Below, in pieces: positions 9,989 through 17,217 of a DNA stretch of 64,000 nucleotides. The stretch is from Bryobacterales bacterium (GTDB lineage Bacteria; Acidobacteriota; Terriglobia; Bryobacterales; Bryobacteraceae): positions 260 through 64,259 of the forward strand of contig JAIXKK010000145.1 in the NCBI GenBank assembly GCA_026954325.1, in the 5' to 3' direction. The position numbers and the translations under genes were made by a program. A model generated the notes under the pieces. The model was not told the origin of the DNA. It saw only the letters and a list, made by a program, of their open reading frames with translations, and made no database searches. Numbering within the stretch: the stretch's first letter is position 1; the number at the start of each line of letters is the position of its first letter.

Positions 9989-10697
9989 GGCTTTCACTAC
10001 ACTGACGCACGGATGCCGAACGTCTCCATTTATATTGGCGACAGCCATTGTTTTCTTCCCCGCGGCTCCCTTCTTCCTGTTCATGCACGGCAAAGACACT
10101 GTCATCCCGAAGGGTACGGAGATCACTGCCTACGTCAATGGGGAGATCACGTTGGAGCGCCTTCATTTCGAGGGCAGGTAGCAAATCGAGGGCGAATTCC
10201 CGTTCCGCGAACGGAAAGATTAATGCGTGATACAAGATCGACGGTTTGGGGGCGGTACGAGTCTCAGGATGAGCTTCCGCGGCTGAAAGGGTGGCGCTGC
10301 GAACCTGCGTTCGTCACCGTTGAGTTCGATGGAGACCTCTACAGCGCCTGTTTCGGACTGCTGACGCAGAGCCGCCGCAAAAACCGGATTGGCATGAACG
10401 AAGAGGAGCGTCGAGAATACGAGTGCTTGGCCGGAAAGCGCTCCCATAACGGGTCTGTACCTCCGAATGTCTATGGTGAGATCGAACCTTGAAGTGCCGG
10501 CGTGCCTTAGCGACAGCCCATTCATCGCAGCCCCCCTGTTTTGAAGCAAGTCAACGCCTTCCTTGGCGATGATTGCAACCATCACAAGCGCTGCAACAGG
10601 ATCGGCCCACCCGTTGGTTTTAGGATACTGAACTGGTCGCTCACGAGCGTTCACATTCCCATGTATGACCACCGCCTTGCTATGCTGAACTCGTAGT

Positions 10698-10989
10698 GGC
10701 CCGATGGCGAAATCGGCAGACGCAACGGACTTGTCGATTGAGCACCAGTGGAGCGATCTGCTGGCGAATGTTGTCAAACTCGGCGAACGCTTAACAGATC
10801 ACGCTGATGCCAACGCCGAACCAAGCCCGGTGACGGGAAGGTGTAGAGACTAGACGGCAACCATCTCCCGGAGATGAAGGCATAGTCCAGACCACGAACA
10901 GCGGATTAGCTGGCGGCGAAAGCCGAAGTGGGAAGAAAATCCGTTTCACCGCAAGGTGAGTGTCGGTTCAAGTCCGACTCGGGCCACCA
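10698..10989 (+). tRNA. tRNA-Leu(UAA), interrupted by a group I intron; exons 10698-10732 and 10936-10989
   Basis: The joined exons give an 89-nt class II tRNA. Acceptor GGCCCGA/UCGGGCC pairs 7/7 and anticodon stem ACGGA/UCCGU pairs 5/5. The loop is CUUAAAA (anticodon UAA). The variable arm is CACC-GCAA-GGUG and the T arm is GUCGG-UUCAAGU-CCGAC. Discriminator A and CCA are encoded. The 5' half closely resembles E. coli tRNA-Leu(UAA). Confidence 0.88.
10733..10935 (+). ncRNA. group I intron (IC3-like, 203 nt, no ORF) in the tRNA-Leu anticodon loop
   Basis: The intron starts after exon U34 and ends in G (omega-G). A GAG guide lies inside AUUGAGC near the 5' end. Core blocks UGUCAAACUCGGCGAA, GCCAACGCCGAACCAAGC and GAAGGUGUAGAGACUAGACGGCA nearly match the Azoarcus tRNA-Ile and cyanobacterial tRNA-Leu introns as I recall them. 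Confidence 0.82.
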
Positions 10990-11123
10990 CTACCCCACAG
11001 CAATTTGCGGCTGCTGTGATGAAAACGGCGCTTGTTAAAATGCTGGGACATAAAATGCTGGGACACTGGCGCGCGTGTCCGAGTGACCGGGAAGGCGCAT
11101 TCCTGATAGTATTCTCCAACCGC

Positions 11124-12207
11124 ATGAAGAAACTATTGATGCTGTCCGCGCTATATATCGCGCTGGGGTTGGCCCAACGCCCGCCCGCGTACCCGCTGAT
11201 CACGCACGACCCTTACTTCAGCATCTGGTCCACGACTGATGAGTTGAACGGCGGCCCCACGCGACATTGGACTGGCGCGCCGCGGGAAACCGGCTCGTTG
11301 ATCCGCATTGACGGCGCCACCTGCCGGCTCATGGGAAGTGACCTGCCGCGGCGGCTGGTGGAACGAACCGAGCCGCTGCGGCAGGTTTCGGCCCAGGTGC
11401 TGTGATCTGCGCATCGACTGGGGATATCCGTACGTCACGGCGCCGCCGGTTCTGGAGTCTCGCAGGTTGCGGCGGAGAGAGAGGAGACAAGAGCGGCTTT
11501 TGTCGCCAGCGGCGGGCTGCCCGCATCGGACGCATTGGATCCGGAGGCGCCCTCCCGCTTCCGGGTTCCGGCGCTTGCCTATGCATTCGACCTCGGCGAG
11601 GTGACCGCGGCGCCGGCAAGCCGGACGCTGATTGTCGCCTATGACGATGTGTACTCCATCGAATGCTTCCAGCGGCGGCTGCGGCCGTATTGGCGGCGCA
11701 AGGGCGCGACGGCGGAGGACATGTTGCGCGCCGCGCTGCGCGATGAGGCTTCGCTCACCGAACGGTGCGCGCGATTTGGCAAGGAACTGATGACGGACTT
11801 GCGCCAAGCCGGGGGAGCGGACTATGACGCTGGCCTACCGCCAGGCAATCGCGGCGCACAAACTGGTGGCCGATATCGACGGAACCCCTCATCTTTTCCA
11901 AGGAGAATTTCAGCAACGGGTGCATCGGCGCCGTGGACGTCACCTATCCGAGCGCGCCCTGTTTCTGCTGATGAATCCGGAATTGCTGAAAGGCATGATC
12001 CGGCCGGTTCTGGACTATGCAAGCCTGGAGCGCTGGCGTTTTCCGTTCGCGCCACACGACCTCGGCACGTATCCGCAAGCGGACGGGCAGGTCTACGGAG
12101 GCGGGGAGCGCAACGAAGACCGGCAGATGCCCGTGGAGGAATCCGGCAACATGCTGATTCTGACCGCGGATGTGGACGAAGTGGCTTGGGCAAAAGGAAT
12201 AGGATGA
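11124..12207 (+). pseudogene. glutaminase-A-like (DUF4964/DUF5127/DUF4965 family) gene, multiply frameshifted and C-terminally truncated
   Basis: Family-typical segments are spread over three frames. These are MKKLLMLSALYIALGLAQRPPAYPLITHDPYFSIWS...HWTG...IRIDG, then LIVAYDDVYSIECFQRRLRPYWRRKGATAEDML, then YRQAIAAHKLVADIDGTPHLF / KENFSNGCIGAVDVTYPSAP / LFLLMNPELLKG...FPFAPHDLGTYPQADGQVYGG...QMPVEESGNMLIL. The C-terminal domain is missing. Confidence 0.7.
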
Positions 12208-12282
12208 GCCGTCTTGTGACTTCGTGTTCCACTGGCGACAGGGATTCCACAAAATCGGCTATTCTGTGGGCGGACAAAGATT

Positions 12283-13551
12283 GTGTGGACGGGCTTCTAC
12301 GAATTGCTGCCGCCGGAAGGCGGTAAGATCCTGCTGGTCCTGTTCCTGTCGTTCCTTACCGGCTTGGAGCGGGAAGAACACCGGGTCGAGAAGCCGCGAT
12401 CTTTCTTTGGCGGGGTGCGGACATTCCCGCTCATCGGGCTTATCGGATACACCGTGGCTCTTCTCTCCGCGGGCCAGGCGATTCCCGTAGCCGTGGGGCT
12501 GGCAATTGTCGCGGCCTTCCTCCTGATGTCCTACCGGAACAAACTGGCCACGGGACGGCCGGGCATTACGTCAGAGATGTCCGCCCTCGCCACCTACCTG
12601 GTGGGAGCGTTGGTGTATCGCGAGCAATTGTGGATCGCCACCACGCTGACCGTCGCCAGCGTGTTGCTGCTGGAGTTGAAGGCGGCGCTCCAGGGTTTGA
12701 CCAGGCGCATCCCCGGGGAAGAGATTCTCACGTTCACCAAGTTTCTGCTTCTCACTGCGGTCATCTTGCCGGTGCTGCCCAATCAGGCATTCGGCCCGTT
12801 CGAGATCAACCCGTACAAGTCGTGGCTGGTGGTGGTGGCGGTCAGTTCCGTATCCTATGCGAGCTACCTGATTCAGAAGCTGGCCAAACAGCAGGGCGGC
12901 GTCATCCTGGCGTCGCTGCTGGGCGGGGCCTATTCTTCGATGGTGACCACTATCGTGATGGCCAAGCGCGCGGCGCGTGAAGAGCGCCCCCACCTGTTTG
13001 CCGGGGGAATCCTCATCGCTTCCGGCGTCATGTATCTGCGCCTGGCGGGATTGGTGACCTTGTTCAACCGGCAACTGATCACGAGTCTGGGAGGGCCGTT
13101 CCTGGCGCTGGCGGCGATTGGTGTGCTGGGAGGCTGGATATGGACGCGGCTTCCCGATCTCAAATCCGGTGTTGTGGCAAGAGAGTTCACTCCGAAAAAC
13201 CCTCTCGAACTGGGCGCGGCGTTTCTATTCAGCATGCTGTTCCTTGCGATGCTCATCGCCACTCATCTGGTGGTGACCTATTTTGGGAAGACAGGGGTGT
13301 ATCTTCTTGCCGGGTTGATGGGCATGACGGACGTGGACCCGTTCATCATGGGGATAACCGAATCGGCGGGCCGCGGCACGAGCCTGGGTGTAGCCTCCAC
13401 AGCCATTCTTATCGCCGCCGCAAGCAACAACGTGATGAAGGGGGTCTATGCGTTCATGCTGTGCGATCGCAAGACGGGCGTGCAGAGCATTGCGCTGCTC
13501 GCCGCGCTGGCAGTGGCGGGCCTCGCCCCCTTGCTGTGGTTGGCGAGATGA
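12283..13551 (+). CDS. MgtC/SapB-family membrane protein with DUF4010-like C-terminal half
   Basis: N-terminal LLVLFLSFLTGLEREEH (MgtC signature) and a polytopic hydrophobic profile throughout. GTG start. Confidence 0.75.
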   Translation: MWTGFYELLPPEGGKILLVLFLSFLTGLEREEHRVEKPRSFFGGVRTFPLIGLIGYTVALLSAGQAIPVAVGLAIVAAFLLMSYRNKLATGRPGITSEMSALATYLVGALVYREQLWIATTLTVASVLLLELKAALQGLTRRIPGEEILTFTKFLLLTAVILPVLPNQAFGPFEINPYKSWLVVVAVSSVSYASYLIQKLAKQQGGVILASLLGGAYSSMVTTIVMAKRAAREERPHLFAGGILIASGVMYLRLAGLVTLFNRQLITSLGGPFLALAAIGVLGGWIWTRLPDLKSGVVAREFTPKNPLELGAAFLFSMLFLAMLIATHLVVTYFGKTGVYLLAGLMGMTDVDPFIMGITESAGRGTSLGVASTAILIAAASNNVMKGVYAFMLCDRKTGVQSIALLAALAVAGLAPLLWLAR

Positions 13552-13552
13552 A

Positions 13553-15022
13553 TCAGCGGCTGACCTTCAGCACCCACGCGGGTTGCCGCATCAGGTCTTC
13601 CGGCATTTCCGGCAGTTCCACGGAAACGCCGCCTTTCGCCGTCTTGAACTTCAGCGCGGCCGGCGACCCGAGCAGCGTCACGGACTTCACTCCGGCGACG
13701 TTCTTCACATGGAAACTCCGTCCCGGCCAGCGGGGCAGGATGGCATAGACGTTGTTCCCCTTGGAGGTAAAGAAAGCCTCGATGCCCGCCTTGCCGGGCG
13801 CTGGTCTAGCGGCCAGTTTCGTAACGTCGTAGGAAGACTCGAATTCCTGGTTGTAATCGACCTTGGGCGCCTCGCCTTCGCTCCACTGCCGCGTCTCTTT
13901 CCACGGGCGTGTGCCATAGATGGCCTCGCCGTTCACCTTCAGCCAGTCGCCGATTTGAATCAGGCGTTCTTCCATGACGACGGGGATTGTGCCGTCGGCC
14001 GCCGGGCCAATGTCGAGCAACAGGTTTCCGCCGCGGCTCACCAGGTCCACCAGCATGATCACCAGTTCGCGGCCGCTGTGGTAGTGCTCCAGCCTTTCGA
14101 CGCGGTTGTAGCCGTAGCTGAAACCCATGCCGCGGCTCTCTTCCCAAGGGTGATCCATGCCGCTCATGCCGGGCGTGTATTCGGTGGTCCAGTAGCCGCC
14201 GTGCTTGTGCCGGCAGTCCTTTCCCCAGCGATCATTGATCACCACGTCGTCCTTCACCGGCGACTCATTGAAGAGCCAGGCGAGCAGTTCCGGGCTGTGC
14301 CATTCCGAAGAAGGCAGGTCCCATTCGCCGTCGCTGAAGATGATGGAAGGCTTGTAGTGCGTGACCAGGTCTTTGAACTGCGGCGTCATGTGCTCGCGAA
14401 TATAGCGCTGTTTGTCGGAAAGCCAAAGCGGGTTGAACCACTCATAGAGCGAATAGTAGTAGCCCATGCGCAGTCCTTTGCGGCGGACCGATTCGCTGAG
14501 GTCGCCCAGAAGGTCGCGTTTGGGTCCCGTCTCCACCGCATTCCACGGGCGGCCCCAGGTGGCGGAGGCCTCTTTGCTCGGCCAGAGGGCAAAGCCTTCG
14601 TGGTGCTTCGAGGTCAACGCAACGTACTTTGCGCCCGAGCGAGCGAATACATCGGCCCAATGGTCCGGATCGAACAACTCCGCGCGGAATTGCGCGGCGA
14701 AGTCCTGATAGGGATAACCGGCGCCGTACATCTTCTGATGAAACGCCCATGTGCCGGTTTGAATGGCGTTCGCCTTGGGATCCTCTTTGCCGCGCATCAT
14801 GGCATTCCAATACCACTCGGCGTATGCGAGTTTGCCGGGGATCACCGGCGCGTACGCCGGCACGGAATAGACGCCCCAGTGGATGAAAATGCCGAACTTG
14901 GCATCTGTAAACCAGGCGGGCGTGGGGCGGCTGTCGATGGAGTCCCACGTCGGCTGATATTTCTGGGCCGGAAGGCTGAGCGCCGCCAGCGCAAACAGGG
15001 CGAGGAGTTGCTTCATGGGCAT
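13553..15022 (-). CDS. alpha-L-fucosidase (GH29)
   Basis: PTWDSIDSRPTPAWFTDAKFGIFIHWGVYSVPAY, KYVALTSKHHEGFALWPS and the YYSLYEW motif. Signal peptide MKQLLALFALAALSLPAQ. The alternative GTG at 15067 would overlap the upstream stop but adds 15 non-signal residues. Confidence 0.88.
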   Translation of the reverse strand: MPMKQLLALFALAALSLPAQKYQPTWDSIDSRPTPAWFTDAKFGIFIHWGVYSVPAYAPVIPGKLAYAEWYWNAMMRGKEDPKANAIQTGTWAFHQKMYGAGYPYQDFAAQFRAELFDPDHWADVFARSGAKYVALTSKHHEGFALWPSKEASATWGRPWNAVETGPKRDLLGDLSESVRRKGLRMGYYYSLYEWFNPLWLSDKQRYIREHMTPQFKDLVTHYKPSIIFSDGEWDLPSSEWHSPELLAWLFNESPVKDDVVINDRWGKDCRHKHGGYWTTEYTPGMSGMDHPWEESRGMGFSYGYNRVERLEHYHSGRELVIMLVDLVSRGGNLLLDIGPAADGTIPVVMEERLIQIGDWLKVNGEAIYGTRPWKETRQWSEGEAPKVDYNQEFESSYDVTKLAARPAPGKAGIEAFFTSKGNNVYAILPRWPGRSFHVKNVAGVKSVTLLGSPAALKFKTAKGGVSVELPEMPEDLMRQPAWVLKVSR

Positions 15023-15063
15023 GATGCTGTTCTGAAGTTCATCATAACCGTCTCTGCGGCAGT

Positions 15064-17172
15064 TCACCGCCCGAGCGTCTTTGCCAGATACTCGACAATC
15101 ACATTCACCTCGGCATCAGATGCCTGCGCGCCGCGCGCCACCATGTTCTGCACCACCGTCCTCCATTCCTGAGCATTCATACGCTGGCTGGTCACCACTT
15201 CGAGGGAATGGCAGCCCATGCCGCAGGTCTTGTTCACCAGGTCCTTGGCGCCTCCAGGGGGCAGCGTCACAGGGGCATATGCGCCGACTTGCGGCATGCC
15301 TCGCCGGGCGGCGGCGGCCGCGGCCACGGCTTTCGACACCGAAACAGGAAGCGGCTTGCGAGGAACGTCCGGCAGGGCAAAGGCCACCAGCGTGTTGCTG
15401 GTGCCCCCGCCGAGAAAGCCGCCTCCTCCCGCCGCCATCAACGCCACGTACTGCCGGCCGTCGCGGCCCATGTAGGTGAGGGGGCTCGTGTGGCCGCTGG
15501 CCTCGAGCTTCGTCTCCCAGAGCAGTTTGCCTGTCTTCGATGCAAAGGCGTGGAAGCGGGAATCATTCGTTGCTGCGATGAAGACCACGCCGCCCGCGGT
15601 GGCGATGCTCCCACCGAGGCTCAGTGTGCCGGTATCGTGGACGCCGATCGCCTCGAGAGCGTCGATCCTTCCGAGTGGGGACCGCCAGGCGATGTCGCCC
15701 GTGGCGAGGTTTACCGCAACCATCTCTCCGAACGGCGGATTCTGGCAGGGAATATGGGTCTCGCGATTCCAGAAGCGCGCATAAGGACCGTAGGCCGAAG
15801 TGCGCACGTACCCGTCGCCGCGCTTTTCCATGTGTCCCCACTGGGCCACGTTCATCACGTTCACGAACAACATCCCCAGTTCCGGATCCACGGACACTCC
15901 GCCCCAGTTTCCGCCGCCGAGGGTGCTGGGAAAGAAAAGCGCATTGCCCTCGAACGGGAGCGGCGTGTAGGGTTCGCTAATCTTCATGTGATTTGTTTCA
16001 AACAATTCCTTGCAAAATCGTGCATGCTCGGGCGAGCGGTCGTACATCTCTTCGATACGGAACGTGTTCTTCCCGATCGACGGCGGCTTCACGGGAAACG
16101 GCTGGGTCTTCGAGGTGACTTCACCCGGAATCGACGTTTGTGGAACCTTGCGTTCTTCCATCCCGTACACGGGCTCTCCCGTAACCCGATCAAAGACAAA
16201 CAGCAGGCCCATCTTGGTGATCTGCGCCACTGCCGGAATGACTCGCCCGCCGCGGCGGATATCAAACAACGCGGGCGGCGCCGCAAGGTCATAGTCCCAG
16301 ATGTCGTGATGCACCAGTTGCTGATGCCATTTCTTCGCGCCGGTCCGCGCGTCCAGGGCGACCAGCGAGTTCCCGTAAAGGTTATCGCCCACGCGGTCAG
16401 CCCCATAGAAATCAGAGGTGGGCGAACCAAGCGGGGCGTAGACAATCCCGCGCTTGACATCCACCGTGAAGAAGCCCCAGACGTTGGTTCCGGAGCGGTT
16501 CTTCCAGGCGTCTTTGGGCCACGTATCCGCACCCGGTTCGCCCGGATGCGGCACGGTGTGGAAGGTCCAGAGCAGTTTCCCGGTTTTCGCATCCCAGCCG
16601 CGAATATCGCCATACGTCCCTGCCGAGGGAGCGCCTTCGCCGTTGCTGCTTCCCGTGATGACGACATCGCCAAACACGGCCGGCGGTGATTGGAGGGCGT
16701 AGCGGCCGTCCTTCAAACCGTCCAGGACGCCCTTCTTCAAGTCCACGCGGCCCTCGTCCCCGAATCCGGGCGCCGGCTTGCCGGTGGTGACATCCAGCGC
16801 TAGCAGCATGGGGCCGTTGCCCGCAAACACGCGCGGGTGCAGCCCCTTGGCGCCCGGCCAGTAGGCCAGGCCGCGCAAAGCCATCGGCGAGGCGTCGTAT
16901 TTCCACAGGAGTTCGCCGGTCTCCGGTACCAGCGCGTAGACTCCGTCGGGCGCGGTGAAATACATCACGCCGCCGATCAGAATGGGGACGGCTTCCGATC
17001 CGGGTTTGCCCGTACGGAACGTCCAGGCCGGCTTCAGGCGTTCGACGTTGCCGGAATGGATCTGGCGCAAAGGGGAATAGCGCATGGCGCCGGGATCGTT
17101 TCCAAAGGACGGCCATTCGGACTGGGCGAACAGTGCCACCGAGCATAGAATGAGAGCAAGAGATCGAATCAC
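15064..17172 (-). CDS. PQQ-dependent beta-propeller dehydrogenase (glucose/quinate-type) with C-terminal cytochrome-c-like domain
   Basis: Signal peptide, then WPSFGNDPGAMRYSPLRQI...LKPAWTF and repeated propeller W-motifs. The C-terminal about 60 aa carry CGMGCH (CX3CH) followed by a WRTVVQNMVARGA...YLAKTL helix pattern. Confidence 0.82.
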   Translation of the reverse strand: MIRSLALILCSVALFAQSEWPSFGNDPGAMRYSPLRQIHSGNVERLKPAWTFRTGKPGSEAVPILIGGVMYFTAPDGVYALVPETGELLWKYDASPMALRGLAYWPGAKGLHPRVFAGNGPMLLALDVTTGKPAPGFGDEGRVDLKKGVLDGLKDGRYALQSPPAVFGDVVITGSSNGEGAPSAGTYGDIRGWDAKTGKLLWTFHTVPHPGEPGADTWPKDAWKNRSGTNVWGFFTVDVKRGIVYAPLGSPTSDFYGADRVGDNLYGNSLVALDARTGAKKWHQQLVHHDIWDYDLAAPPALFDIRRGGRVIPAVAQITKMGLLFVFDRVTGEPVYGMEERKVPQTSIPGEVTSKTQPFPVKPPSIGKNTFRIEEMYDRSPEHARFCKELFETNHMKISEPYTPLPFEGNALFFPSTLGGGNWGGVSVDPELGMLFVNVMNVAQWGHMEKRGDGYVRTSAYGPYARFWNRETHIPCQNPPFGEMVAVNLATGDIAWRSPLGRIDALEAIGVHDTGTLSLGGSIATAGGVVFIAATNDSRFHAFASKTGKLLWETKLEASGHTSPLTYMGRDGRQYVALMAAGGGGFLGGGTSNTLVAFALPDVPRKPLPVSVSKAVAAAAAARRGMPQVGAYAPVTLPPGGAKDLVNKTCGMGCHSLEVVTSQRMNAQEWRTVVQNMVARGAQASDAEVNVIVEYLAKTLGR

Positions 17173-17217
17173 CCCACTACTCTAACTCTCCCAGGGCATC
17201 TCGGCCATAATCTACCC

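Noticed and set aside
10223-10492. Possible 89-aa gene (MRDTRSTVWGRYESQDELPRLKGW...).
   Set aside because: No recognisable motif, no clear ribosome-binding site, and overlap by an equally long antisense ORF. I cannot support it from sequence alone.
10500-10620. Cation-diffusion-facilitator-like peptide (GWADPVAALVMVAIIAKEGVDLLQ) on the minus strand.
   Set aside because: Only about 25-40 residues resemble the family, which is too short to call a pseudogene feature on its own. It is mentioned only within the decay-zone finding.
10698-10989. A tmRNA or a tRNA 3'-end att remnant, suggested by the GGTTCAAGTCCGAC...CCACCA ending.
   Set aside because: The matching 5' acceptor strand lies 290 nt upstream. 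It is followed by a complete D arm and 5' anticodon stem, not the tmRNA GGGG...UUCGACGGG start, and no tag reading frame is present. The exon-plus-group I intron reading explains every base.
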